Assembly: GCA_034670305.1 (NCBI GenBank) | Contig: JAXMNT010000038.1 | Location: forward strand, 1 to 64,000 | Source of the DNA: Deltaproteobacteria bacterium | GTDB taxonomy: Bacteria; Myxococcota_A; Polyangia; Polyangiales; Houyiibacteriaceae | DNA: 64,000 nt | Reading direction: 5' to 3' | Part shown: positions 49,277 to 58,966 of the stretch, piece after piece | How positions within the stretch are numbered: the first letter of the stretch is position 1 | Layout of the letters: each line of letters opens with the position of its first letter | The notes under the pieces: model-generated | Database searches by the model: none | What the model saw: only the letters and a program-made list of their open reading frames with translations | Told to the model about the DNA's origin: nothing | Made by a program: the position numbers and the translations under genes

Positions 49277-50446
49277 TCACTGCGATTCCCGCAGGACCGG
49301 TGCCAGCGCATCCAGGGCTTCTTCGAGGGCGTCCAGCGGCAAACTGGTGAAACAGAGCCGGACCCAACGGGCGTAGGACGCGCCGCAGGCCGCACCCGGC
49401 GTGAGCAGCACACCGTGGTCGAGGGCGCGCTCCAGGAAGGGCAGCGCATCGGTCTCGCCTTCCCGCAGGTGCGGGGTCGCGTCGAAAAAGAGGAACGTAC
49501 CCCCGGGCGGCACCGGTTCGCCGAGCCGTTCTGCGGCCAGTCGCGCGGCGGCTCCGAACTGGTCGCGGCGGCGGGCGAGGAACGCGTCGCCATGCTTGAT
49601 CGCGGCCGCCACGCCGTGCTGCATCGGGCGCGGGGCGCAGTAGTTGAGGAACGTCTGACACCCGCGGACCGCTTGCATCGCCGCTTCACAGCCATGCGCC
49701 CACCCCACCCGCGCGCCTGCGAGACCGTACGTCTTGGAGGATGTGTGGCAGGCGACGTAGCGATCCTGCACATCGTCGCGGGTCCAGATCGGGCGGGGCG
49801 CGTCACCGAAGTAGATCTTCTCGTAGGCCTCGTCGCAGACGATCCAGAGGTCGTGCGCGACCGCGACCTGAACCGCTTGTTCGACCTGCGCGTCGGACCA
49901 CATCGCGCCGGTCGGGTTGTGCGGCGAGTTGAGGTAGAGCGCGACGGTGCGCGGGGTGATCGCGGCTTCGAGCGCCGCCCGCAGATCGGTGGGGGCAAGG
50001 TGCGCGAGTCCGTCGACCTCGACCGGCACCGCCCCGCGGCTCGCGATGATGCCGCGGATCAGCGGCCAATACGGTGCGGGGAGAAGTACTTCGTCGCCGG
50101 GATCGAGCAGCGCGCGGCTGATCACCATCAGACCACTCGTGGCACCACTGACGATCTGGATGCGATCGCGGGGGACGTCCCGGTGGGCGGACAGCTGCGC
50201 TTGCACCGCGTCGAGCAACACCGGCTCCCCCTGAACCGGTGCGTACTGATGCACGAGCGGCAGCGCAGCGCTCCGCTGAGATTCCGCGCGGGCGACCTCG
50301 AGCGGCTCCTCCCATGTGTCGCCGACATGCAGCGGGTGCACGACTTCTCCGCGGGCGCGCTTCTCCGCGGCCCGGGCGGCGAGCCCACTGAATACTCGAG
50401 ACGACAGGGTGGCGGTGGACGCCGCCACGGAGGGATGTCGAGGCAT
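49277..50446 (-). CDS. PLP-dependent aminotransferase class I/II
   Basis: NSPHNPTG, CDEAY, SSKTYGLAGARVG, RLCF. Confidence 0.92.
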   Translation of the reverse strand: MPRHPSVAASTATLSSRVFSGLAARAAEKRARGEVVHPLHVGDTWEEPLEVARAESQRSAALPLVHQYAPVQGEPVLLDAVQAQLSAHRDVPRDRIQIVSGATSGLMVISRALLDPGDEVLLPAPYWPLIRGIIASRGAVPVEVDGLAHLAPTDLRAALEAAITPRTVALYLNSPHNPTGAMWSDAQVEQAVQVAVAHDLWIVCDEAYEKIYFGDAPRPIWTRDDVQDRYVACHTSSKTYGLAGARVGWAHGCEAAMQAVRGCQTFLNYCAPRPMQHGVAAAIKHGDAFLARRRDQFGAAARLAAERLGEPVPPGGTFLFFDATPHLREGETDALPFLERALDHGVLLTPGAACGASYARWVRLCFTSLPLDALEEALDALAPVLRESQ

Positions 50447-50508
50447 GCGCCAGACGTGCCGCAATCCATGCCCGACTTCAAGCACGCCCGACGCGGCTGG
50501 GAGGGGGG

Positions 50509-51048
50509 CTAGACCAGTTCGAAGTCGCCGGTGAGGGAGTCGGCGATCTGTCCACCGTCGAGCAGCCACGGGAGCTTCGGGGCATGGCGGCGCGGCACCC
50601 GAACGACCACGGGTCGCTCGTAGGTTCGAAATACGAAGTCCCACAGCGGCGAGGTCACGCCGTGGTTCATGAAAGGCCGCGTGAAGTGGTGGTGAAAATG
50701 GTGGCGGCGGGCCCAGCGGCCGTAGAACGTGCGCGGCGCGTGCACATGCAGGTCCCGGTGGACGAACTCGTACGTGCGCCAGCCGGCGGCAAACCCCCCG
50801 ACGAAGCAGCCTGCGGCCCCCATGCCGAAAATGGGGGCCGTGATCAGAAACAGCGCGCTCAGCACGGGCACCGCGAGCAGCAACTTCTTGGTCCACGGGG
50901 TGAAGTAGTCGGGTTTGGAGTGATGGCGCAGGTGCTCGCGTGAGCCTTCCGTGCGCCCTTTGGGTTTGTGGCCTCCCCAGGCGTGGAGCGCGTACTCCGC
51001 GAACGTCCAGAAGAAGAACCCGACCAGCGCTGCGACGACGTATTCCAT
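50509..51048 (-). CDS. Fatty acid hydroxylase / sterol desaturase family protein
   Basis: His boxes EYALH..GGH, HLRHH, YEFVHRDLH, HHFHHHF; NHGVTSPLWD. Confidence 0.88.
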   Translation of the reverse strand: MEYVVAALVGFFFWTFAEYALHAWGGHKPKGRTEGSREHLRHHSKPDYFTPWTKKLLLAVPVLSALFLITAPIFGMGAAGCFVGGFAAGWRTYEFVHRDLHVHAPRTFYGRWARRHHFHHHFTRPFMNHGVTSPLWDFVFRTYERPVVVRVPRRHAPKLPWLLDGGQIADSLTGDFELV

Positions 51049-51281
51049 AATGTGAACCCCGTTCACTTTTTGACATGGGTCGAGGGCGCTGTCCAGTGCG
51101 GAAGACCACCAAAGTGCGGAACACGTTGCGCGAAACGAAGTTGGGGGGAGGCCGGAGGGGCTTTGCCCCGCGGGCCGGAGGGGATGCGCCCATCCCCCGA
51201 ACAGGGTCCGTCAAGAGCAACTGGCCGATGGCGGCGGTTTCCTCAAACGGGGGAGGGCGGCTCCCTGCTAGTCTCCGCGCC

Positions 51282-51989
51282 ATGTCTGAACTGGTTCGGA
51301 TCGACGTGGTCGATTCCGTAGCGACCCTCACGATGGACGACGGCAAAGCCAACGCGTTGTCCCACGACATGTTGACTGCCCTCGCCTCTGCGCTCGAGAA
51401 AGCGCGGACCGAGGCCAAGGCGGTGGTGTTGACCGGTCGGGATGGGCGCTTCTGCGCCGGGTTCGATCTCAAGGTGATGATGGCCGGGCCCGCGGCCGCC
51501 ATCGCCCTCACCTCGGCCGGGTGCGACGTCCTCATGAGGCTCTACGAACACCCTCAACCGGTGGTCGCCGCGTGCACCGGACATGCGATGGCCGGTGGCG
51601 CGCTCCTGCTGCTCTGTTGCGACACCCGCATCGGCATCGAGGGTGACTTTCGCATCGGGCTCAACGAGGTCGCGATCGGCATGCCGCTCCCGGTGTTCGC
51701 CAGCGAGCTCGCCCGCGAACGACTTCGCCGCAACGCCTTCTTGCGCGCGACGCTTCAGGGACACGTGCACAGTCCGAGCGAAGCGGCCGATGTAGGATTC
51801 CTCGACCGGGTCGTCGCGCCCGGCGAGCTCCTCGAGACCGCGCGAAGCGAGGCGCTGGCGCTGGCGAAGCTTCCGGTCAAGGCGTACGCCAGCACCAAAC
51901 GAAGCCTGCGGGAGCCCCTGATCGCCCACGTGCGCGCCACCTACGAAGACGACGTACGCCGGGTCATGTCGGTCATGACCGAGTCGTAG
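51282..51989 (+). CDS. Enoyl-CoA hydratase/isomerase (crotonase) family
   Basis: DDGKANAL, FCAGFDL, GHAMAGGA, IGLNEVAIG. Confidence 0.92.
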   Translation: MSELVRIDVVDSVATLTMDDGKANALSHDMLTALASALEKARTEAKAVVLTGRDGRFCAGFDLKVMMAGPAAAIALTSAGCDVLMRLYEHPQPVVAACTGHAMAGGALLLLCCDTRIGIEGDFRIGLNEVAIGMPLPVFASELARERLRRNAFLRATLQGHVHSPSEAADVGFLDRVVAPGELLETARSEALALAKLPVKAYASTKRSLREPLIAHVRATYEDDVRRVMSVMTES

Positions 51990-52005
51990 AAGAAGAGGAA
52001 CATCG

Positions 52006-52644
52006 ATGGCACAAGACACGCCCGCCCCGCCGGCCTCGGAGAGTTGCCCAGGTACCGGATCCCTCCACGCCACCATCGTCACGAGCATGGGCGAGTTGCA
52101 CGCGGCGCTCTACGAAGCGTCGGTGCCGCGCACGGTCGCCAACTTCGTCGCGCTCGCGATGGGCACCGTCGAATGGACGCCGCCCGCGGCCGCACCGAGC
52201 TTTGGTGATCTCTCGAGTGCGAAGAAGGGGTGGACCGGCGGTGGCGCCGCCACGGTCGACGGTCCTGAAAAAGTACGTCGGCCGCTCTACAGCGGCACGA
52301 TCATCCACCGGGTGATCCCCGAGTTCATGATCCAGCTCGGGTGTCCGAAGGGCAACGGCACCGGCAACCCCGGCTGGAAGTTCGCGGACGAGTTCGTCCG
52401 CTCACTGCGGCACGACGCGCCGGGCACCTTGTCGATGGCCAACTCGGGTCCGAACTCCAACGGCTCGCAGTTCTTCGTGACCGAGGTGCCGACGCCGCAC
52501 CTGGACGACAAACACACCGTGTTCGGTCGCGTGACGGCAGAGAGCGTCGAACTCGTGAAGAAGATCGCCCGGGTTCCGACCGCGGCTCGCGACCGGCCGA
52601 AGACCGACATCGTGCTCGAGGAGATTCGCATCTTCCGAAAGTGA
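52006..52644 (+). CDS. Cyclophilin-type peptidyl-prolyl isomerase
   Basis: PRTVANFVALA, HRVIPEFMIQ, LSMANSGPNSNGSQFF, HLDDKHTVFG. Confidence 0.95.
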   Translation: MAQDTPAPPASESCPGTGSLHATIVTSMGELHAALYEASVPRTVANFVALAMGTVEWTPPAAAPSFGDLSSAKKGWTGGGAATVDGPEKVRRPLYSGTIIHRVIPEFMIQLGCPKGNGTGNPGWKFADEFVRSLRHDAPGTLSMANSGPNSNGSQFFVTEVPTPHLDDKHTVFGRVTAESVELVKKIARVPTAARDRPKTDIVLEEIRIFRK

Positions 52645-52657
52645 GGATCGTGCCTGC

Positions 52658-52735
52658 CCGCCAGTCTCGCGAAAGCCACGCTCAGCCTTGGCGAGAGGCC
52701 GCCAGTCTCGCGGAGCGAGCCCGGCCTGTGGTGCA
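52658..52735 (+). repeat. Dispersed REP-like repeat, partial copy plus copy 4
   Basis: CCGCCAGTCTCGCGAA at 52658; GGCCGCCAGTCTCGCGGAGCGAGCCCGGCCTGTGGTGCA at 52697. Confidence 0.8.
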
Positions 52736-52740
52736 GCGAA

Positions 52741-53772
52741 CTAAGTGCTGCGGGCTTCGCGGTCGGAGACGAGCGCGACTTCGAGTTCTCGGCCGAGCGC
52801 GCCGAGGCCATCGTCGAGTGAGTCGACCTTCGCGTGTCCTGCGACTTCGGCGGCGAGCCGTGCCGCCACGCCTTCGAGTCGGCTGACGAGCGCTTCCATG
52901 CGGGCTTCGGCGACCTGGGTCTCCCCGTCGAGTTCGTCGCGGCGGGCCACCGCTTCCGTTCCGACACCTTCGATGCGCTCGCGGGACCGGCTGATTTCGA
53001 GGGCGTGGGCCCGAACCTTCTCTGCGAGTTCACCGAGTTCGGCGGCCGCTGCCACCACCGGATCGTAGGCCGGTCCGAGCCGACGGCCCTCCCGCGCAAC
53101 GGCCCCCACCGCACGACGCGCGCGCCGGCTCCAGCCCGCCCACCGGTCGCGTCTGCGTCGCCGGAACCACACCAGCAGCCCGAATGTCGCAACGATTGCG
53201 CCGAGGACGACGGTCACGATCGTGGACATGGACTCGGTGCGGGGCGAAGACGTGAGGGCGGGAGACGGGAGCAGGGCGGGCGTCGCGACGGTGGGGACCG
53301 TGCGCACGAGGATCTCGATGCGGCCGCGCAGCTGGCGCACGGCCTCGCTGCGGGTTTGCAAGTTGGCGGCGGCGATGCGGGCGATGGCGAACGAGACCCG
53401 CGCATCGTGCGAGGGGAGCCGCACCACGTACGAGTGGGTGTCGACGTTTTCGCTCAGCAACGTGCTGCCTTCCGGAAGGAGCACGTACGGGCCATCGGCT
53501 TCGAAGCGCAGGTCCGGGGTTTGGCGGTGGAACGCATCCAGGGTGCTTCCGGCCGCGGGAATGGACACGGTGCCGACCACCTCGATCGTCCGCTCGTCGT
53601 CCAAGAGATTGGAGACATCCAGGACGCTTCCGTCGAGCGGCAACTCGAGCCGCTCGGTGACGACGGTCGCCGGTTCGTCCGCCAGCGCGGGCGCGGCACC
53701 GAGCGCGAGTGCGCACACGGCGAGCGTGAGGCGCCATGCGCCTTGCCACCTCGATGCAGTCGACGGGCTCAT
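52741..53772 (-). CDS. Hypothetical single-pass membrane protein with cytoplasmic coiled coil
   Basis: Signal peptide, TM followed by RRRRR, helical C-terminus; 4-bp overlap with the upstream VWA gene. Confidence 0.7.
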   Translation of the reverse strand: MSPSTASRWQGAWRLTLAVCALALGAAPALADEPATVVTERLELPLDGSVLDVSNLLDDERTIEVVGTVSIPAAGSTLDAFHRQTPDLRFEADGPYVLLPEGSTLLSENVDTHSYVVRLPSHDARVSFAIARIAAANLQTRSEAVRQLRGRIEILVRTVPTVATPALLPSPALTSSPRTESMSTIVTVVLGAIVATFGLLVWFRRRRRDRWAGWSRRARRAVGAVAREGRRLGPAYDPVVAAAAELGELAEKVRAHALEISRSRERIEGVGTEAVARRDELDGETQVAEARMEALVSRLEGVAARLAAEVAGHAKVDSLDDGLGALGRELEVALVSDREARST

Positions 53773-55655
53773 CGCATCCGCCGATCACCGAAGTAGTTCA
53801 TCGCCATGACCAGGGTGTCGCGGGAGCCGCTGTCCCAGCTGCCCCAGGCGCCCTGGACGACCTGCTCGTAGCGGGCCAGCAGCGCTGCGTCCTGACGCAA
53901 GCCGTCGTCGCGCCACAGCTGCGCCGCCGCCTGCAGGAGTTCGCGGCGCTCGGTCAATGCGCGTCGGGCACTCGCCGCGTCGCCGCGCCCGAGGGCATCG
54001 GCGGCGCCTTGCAGTGCCGAGCCAGCCTGGAATGCGAGCACGGTGCGTTTCACCGGTCGGACCACCGACGCTTGGGCGCGGGCCGCGTCGGTGGTGCGCT
54101 CGGCGGTGACTTCGCGGACGACGTGGCCGTTCCGGTTTCGGATCAAGTCTTTGAAGTCGAGTGTGACCGTGGCGATGTCGCTCGTGCGGGTTCCGGCCGG
54201 AACCTCCAGCTCCATCAGGATGACGTGCTGGTCGCCGCGGCGGAACGTCGGCAAGTGGATGCGGAGACCGCGCTCTTCTTCGTTCTGGCGGTCGCGGGCG
54301 ACGCCGAGTTGGCGGGCGATGCGCTGGTCGACGGCGACTTCGGTCGCGCGGACGGCGGCGTGTTCGGTCTCACTCAGCAAACGCGATCCGTACACCTTCG
54401 TGGCACGCACGCCTTCGGCGAGTTCGACCCGAACCCGCAGACCCTGCGCCACCGCTTGGGCGCGCGCCTCGAGTTCGTCTTCGAGGATGTCGGCCATGTC
54501 TTCGGGCCGGCGCACGAAGTGGTAGCTGCCGCTTCCTTCGCGGGCGATGGTGATCATCGTCTGCTCGTCGAAGTCGGTGCCGAGCCCGATGGCGGTCGTG
54601 AGCACACCCGCTCGGTCGAACGTGCGTCGGGCGACGGCGCCGAGCATCTGCACGTTGGTCTGACCGACGGTGACCCGACCATCGGAGACCAGGAAGGTCA
54701 TCCCGACGGTGCCGCCGGCGCGCGCCCGGGGGGCGTGTTGGTCGACGAGCTCGAGCGCCGCGCCGATGTTGGTGCCGCCGCCCGGAACGAGCCGGTTGAT
54801 CGCGGCATGCGCCGAGCGGCGGTTGCCCACGCGGGCCGGGCGCACATCGAGCGTGGCTTCGTCCGAGTAGGTGACCAGACCGAACGTGTCCTGGGGCTGA
54901 AGCGCGTCCACGATGCTGTGGGCGGCGCGGATGGCGTGCTGCCACTTGTGGCCGTCTTGCATCGAACCGCTTCGATCGAGCACCAGACGCACATCCATCT
55001 GCGGGCGGCGCGGCATCTCTCCCTGTCGTCCGATGAGCGCGACCTGAAGATGGACTCGCTCGGTGCCGGTGGTCAGCTGAGCGCGTTCGAGCTCCGCGAA
55101 CATGTCGACGCCCTGGCTGGCGGGCACCGGGTAGGGCAGCGGTTCGCGGTCGCCGAACGCTTCGATGCGGACGAGCTCGCCGCCGACCATCACGCCGCGG
55201 TCCAGCAGGTCGTCGAGTCGGGCGCGCACGCCGTTGCCGCCGACGAAGTTCGAGGCGAGCACCCCGTTCTGAGGAAGCGGCGCGGCCGGCATCGGCTGGC
55301 CGGGGGCCATCAGACGACGGGGCCTGGGGCGCGAGGCCTCCTGACGCGCGGTCCCAGTGCTGGCTGCCATGGCGGACGCGCGGCCCACGTAGCCGGCGGC
55401 ACCACCGCGCGCGCCCTGGGAGCCCGCAACGACGTCGTCGTACTCCGCCGGCGCCTCTTCCGCGACGCCGGTCTCCATCTCGGGTTCGGCCAGGTCCGCC
55501 AGTTGTTCGGTCCCCACGGTGGCGGGCTCCTGGGCTCTGGGAAGTTCTTGAACCTCTTGAATGGTGGCCGCCGCCGGCTCGGCATCGGCGTTGAAGCCGC
55601 AACCGAGCGCCAGTACCAGACTCCAGATCCCCACGCGCGTCGTATGTTTGTTCAT
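53769..55655 (-). CDS. von Willebrand factor A domain lipoprotein
   Basis: Lipobox ALGC; MIDAS VLDRSGSM, GGTN, SDG, IGLG.DFDE. Confidence 0.88.
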   Translation of the reverse strand: MNKHTTRVGIWSLVLALGCGFNADAEPAAATIQEVQELPRAQEPATVGTEQLADLAEPEMETGVAEEAPAEYDDVVAGSQGARGGAAGYVGRASAMAASTGTARQEASRPRPRRLMAPGQPMPAAPLPQNGVLASNFVGGNGVRARLDDLLDRGVMVGGELVRIEAFGDREPLPYPVPASQGVDMFAELERAQLTTGTERVHLQVALIGRQGEMPRRPQMDVRLVLDRSGSMQDGHKWQHAIRAAHSIVDALQPQDTFGLVTYSDEATLDVRPARVGNRRSAHAAINRLVPGGGTNIGAALELVDQHAPRARAGGTVGMTFLVSDGRVTVGQTNVQMLGAVARRTFDRAGVLTTAIGLGTDFDEQTMITIAREGSGSYHFVRRPEDMADILEDELEARAQAVAQGLRVRVELAEGVRATKVYGSRLLSETEHAAVRATEVAVDQRIARQLGVARDRQNEEERGLRIHLPTFRRGDQHVILMELEVPAGTRTSDIATVTLDFKDLIRNRNGHVVREVTAERTTDAARAQASVVRPVKRTVLAFQAGSALQGAADALGRGDAASARRALTERRELLQAAAQLWRDDGLRQDAALLARYEQVVQGAWGSWDSGSRDTLVMAMNYFGDRRMR

Positions 55656-55849
55656 GTTTCGTCCTCAGGGCGGACCCGTCCATTTGGGCTGAGCCGCCTC
55701 CCGGGCGTCTCGAGCCGCATCCACCGTCCGCAGAACGAGACTCACGACGGGCGGCCAGTCTTTGAAAAAAAAGACCGGGCCTTCCTGCTTGCCGAGACGG
55801 GTGGCGCGCGCCGCATGCAAGCGGCGGCGGCCTGCAGTAGGATTCGCCC

Positions 55850-57619
55850 GTGAACAACGTCCAGGCGATGCAGCGGATCGGTGAGACGGTCGATCGCTAC
55901 AAGATCGAGTCCGTGCTCGGCTCCGGCGGCTTTGGCGCGGTCTTCCGCGCGCGGCACGTCATGATGGATCGCCAGGTCGCGCTGAAGCTCCTGCACCCCT
56001 CGGCCGCGGCGAGCGACGAGATCCGCGAGCGCTTCATTCGCGAGGCCCGCACGCTCGGCAAGCTCGGTCACCCGCACATCATCGAGATCTACGACTGCGG
56101 CGTGACGAATGGCGGCGAGCTCTTTCTCGCCATGCAGCTGCTCGAGGGCGAAGACCTCTCCGAACGGGCCGAGAAGCATCGTCTGACCGTGGATGCGGTC
56201 GTGGACGTGACGGTTCAGGTACTCGATGCACTCGAAGCCGCGCACGCGGCTGGCATCGTCCACCGGGATCTGAAACCGGCGAACGTCTACCTCGCGACCC
56301 AGCGCGGCCAAGAGGTCGTCAAACTTCTCGACTTCGGCATCAGCAAACTCGACGCGGGCGAGGGCACCGGCCTGACCCACACGGGGGTCGTGATGGGGAC
56401 GCCCCACTACATGGCGCCCGAACTCTTCAGCGGTATGAAGGGCGCGGACCACCGCGCGGACATCTACGCCGTCGGTGTGATGCTCTACGAACTCTTCTCG
56501 GGCGGGCCGCCGCACGACGCAGCGAGTTACGAGCAGCTGGTGGTGAAGATCGCGACCACCGATCCCACCCCGCTTCGGCAGAAGTTGCCCTCGTTGCCGG
56601 AGGCGCTCCAGCAAGTGGTCGAGCAGGCGCTCCGCAGGGATCCCGACCAGCGGTTCTCGAGCGCGAAAGAGATGCGGACCGCACTCGAGCGCGCCCGCGG
56701 TGCGTCGACCGTGCCTCTGCAGGTCGACCCATCGCTCGCGTTTGCGGCGACCGGATACTCGTCCCCCCTATCGTCGGCACCGACCGGTGCCGCCAGTGGG
56801 CCATCGGGCCCGCTCACGCCCCCACCGGCCCGCGCGCCGGTGGACATGATGGGCGGGGTCGCACCCCAGTCGACGCCGATGAGCTCAGCGTCCTTGCCTG
56901 GTCATGTGCCTGCACCCGCCATGGGGGGCAGCCCTGGCTTCGGGGGCATGCCCCAAGCGATTCCTCCGTCCTCCGACGGCGGCGACATGACGAAGCTCGT
57001 CTGGGGCGCGACCGGCGTCCTGACGCTCCTCGTCGCCATGGGCATCGGGCTCGCGGTCTTGTCGAGCCAGGACGACGATTCCGAGACCGCCGCTGGACCG
57101 AACTCCGGCTTCAGCGTCGATGTCAGCCCGCACACTGCGGCGCCCCACCAACCCCCCGTCGTCGACAGCATCGGTGCGAGGGGACCCATGCAGCCAGCCC
57201 AGGTGGTCGCACCGCAGCAGGTCGCGCCGCAGCAGGTCGCGCCCCAGGTCGCGGCGCCACCCGTCCAGCCCTCGATCGTGCCTCAGGCCACGAACACGCC
57301 CAGTGTTCCGGCCGCGACCGGGGGCCGCATTCGGATGCACGAACCCAACTTCGTCAGCAGCACCCCGCCGAGCAGCAGCTCCATCTTCGCGCGCTTCGAG
57401 AGTCAGCGCGCGGCACTGCAACGTTGCCGCCGCGACGTGCCGAACGTCGCGCGGGTGAGCTTGATGTTCAACAGCGGGCGGGTCTCGCTGGCCACGGCGC
57501 ACGGCTCGACCGACGAGGAGGTCGGTCGTTGCGTGGCGAGCATCATGCGCGAAGCAGGACCGATCGACAGCCAAGGCTCGGGCATCATTCAGCTCGTGTT
57601 CGACCTGCCGCCAGGCTGA
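55850..57619 (+). CDS. Membrane-bound Ser/Thr protein kinase
   Basis: GSGGFG, VALK, HRDLKPAN, DFG, GTPHYMAPE; TM and extracytoplasmic C-terminal domain. Confidence 0.95.
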   Translation: MNNVQAMQRIGETVDRYKIESVLGSGGFGAVFRARHVMMDRQVALKLLHPSAAASDEIRERFIREARTLGKLGHPHIIEIYDCGVTNGGELFLAMQLLEGEDLSERAEKHRLTVDAVVDVTVQVLDALEAAHAAGIVHRDLKPANVYLATQRGQEVVKLLDFGISKLDAGEGTGLTHTGVVMGTPHYMAPELFSGMKGADHRADIYAVGVMLYELFSGGPPHDAASYEQLVVKIATTDPTPLRQKLPSLPEALQQVVEQALRRDPDQRFSSAKEMRTALERARGASTVPLQVDPSLAFAATGYSSPLSSAPTGAASGPSGPLTPPPARAPVDMMGGVAPQSTPMSSASLPGHVPAPAMGGSPGFGGMPQAIPPSSDGGDMTKLVWGATGVLTLLVAMGIGLAVLSSQDDDSETAAGPNSGFSVDVSPHTAAPHQPPVVDSIGARGPMQPAQVVAPQQVAPQQVAPQVAAPPVQPSIVPQATNTPSVPAATGGRIRMHEPNFVSSTPPSSSSIFARFESQRAALQRCRRDVPNVARVSLMFNSGRVSLATAHGSTDEEVGRCVASIMREAGPIDSQGSGIIQLVFDLPPG

Positions 57620-57644
57620 ACTTCAACGCCCGAGCGCGCTCGGA

Positions 57645-58637
57645 TCAGTCGTCGGCGTTCTGCGAGCGCGCGTACGCCAGGCCCACGTAAGGCCCCATCG
57701 GGCTCGCGAAGTTGCCGCCCACGGTGGTCAGGCGGCGACCGTCTCCGAAGATGGCGTGGAACGCGTGGAAGGTGTCCTGGTAGTCGTCGTGCACCATCTC
57801 GAGCGACGTGAAGTCGAACCGGCTGATCTGACCCTGCTCGCCCACCGCATGGATGACGTCGTCGCTGCCCATCCACACCCCGTTGAGTCCGGGCAGCGCC
57901 GCGGGCTGCTCGCCCATCCATTCGGTTCCGTCGTACCGGTACACCCAGCCGTTGCCCCGTCCGCCGACCGCTGCGATCCGGTTCGGCCCGGTGCCCCAGA
58001 TGCTGATGAGATCCACCGAGGCGCCGATGTTCACTTCGGACCACGCCGCGCCGTCGTAGTGAAGCACCACCCCCCGTTGCCCGACCACCCAGACATCGTC
58101 GGGTCCGCTCCCCCACACCTTGAAGAACGCGAACACGTTGGCGCGTTCGAGCTCTGGCAGCACGACCGGCGTCCACGCCGAGCCGTCGTAGTGCGTCACC
58201 GTAGGCACGCCGCCGGCGAACGGGTTGCCGCCCACCGCGTAGACGTCGTCGGGTGCGGCGCCCCAGACGCCCCACAGCACCTCGGAGGTGCCCGAGTCCT
58301 GCCGGGTCCAGGACGTTCCGTCGTGGTGGAGGATCGTGCCGCCTTCCCCCACGACGAAGACATCGTCTGAACCGAACCCGAACACCCAGTTCAAGAGCGG
58401 CAGATCGCTGAGTCCCGTGTCGAGGGGGGACCATCCGCCGGCGTTCCGATGGAAGATCGCGCCGGTCGAGGGCCGACCTTGGCCGCCGACCGCATAGAGA
58501 TCGTCCGATCCGGGCCCCCAGACGCTCAGAAGCCATTGGGAGGAGGGGTCGAAGGCGGGCGCCCAAGGTTCGCTGGCGGGGCCGGGACATCCGAGAAGAC
58601 AGGTGAGGCACACCGACAAGAGAAGGCGCATCCCCAC
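57645..58637 (-). CDS. Beta-propeller repeat lipoprotein
   Basis: Lipobox LLGC; repeats VWG.G.DDV..VG..G.IL(H/R)YDG..W. Confidence 0.85.
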   Translation of the reverse strand: MGMRLLLSVCLTCLLGCPGPASEPWAPAFDPSSQWLLSVWGPGSDDLYAVGGQGRPSTGAIFHRNAGGWSPLDTGLSDLPLLNWVFGFGSDDVFVVGEGGTILHHDGTSWTRQDSGTSEVLWGVWGAAPDDVYAVGGNPFAGGVPTVTHYDGSAWTPVVLPELERANVFAFFKVWGSGPDDVWVVGQRGVVLHYDGAAWSEVNIGASVDLISIWGTGPNRIAAVGGRGNGWVYRYDGTEWMGEQPAALPGLNGVWMGSDDVIHAVGEQGQISRFDFTSLEMVHDDYQDTFHAFHAIFGDGRRLTTVGGNFASPMGPYVGLAYARSQNADD

Positions 58638-58700
58638 ATCCTACACACTCCCAAAGTGGGTTGGGCCGGTCGCACGCGTTCGGATGCCCGAGCACTCGAA

Positions 58701-58726
58701 CTGGAACTTGTTCTGGAACTTGTTCT
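58701..58726. repeat. 12-bp direct repeat CTGGAACTTGTT x2 in the divergent promoter region
   Basis: CTGGAACTTGTTCTGGAACTTGTTCT. Confidence 0.6.
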
Positions 58727-58966
58727 GATGCGGCGCCGGACAAGCACTCTCATAACGCCCTGGAAACAAACAGCTTTTCGGCGTACTGCGGACCGTGGAT
58801 CGGCTGACCTGGATCGGGCGACGGTTCGCTTCCCCGTGGCCACCGCTCGCCGGATTCCTCGCATCCGCGTGGGGTTCACTTGCTAACTGGACCCGGTCGA
58901 CCGCTGCGCGCCGTTCGGATCCGGGGGGATCCGCCGACCGCCAGCAACCGCGGCCGACCCGACATC

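Noticed and set aside
51140-51200. G-rich GCCGGAGGGG repeats as a riboswitch or REP
   Set aside because: No recognisable riboswitch consensus and too little recurrence to support a call
58698-58728. SigmaE-type promoter GAACTT...TCTGA
   Set aside because: Spacing is 14 nt rather than about 16; better explained as a short tandem repeat
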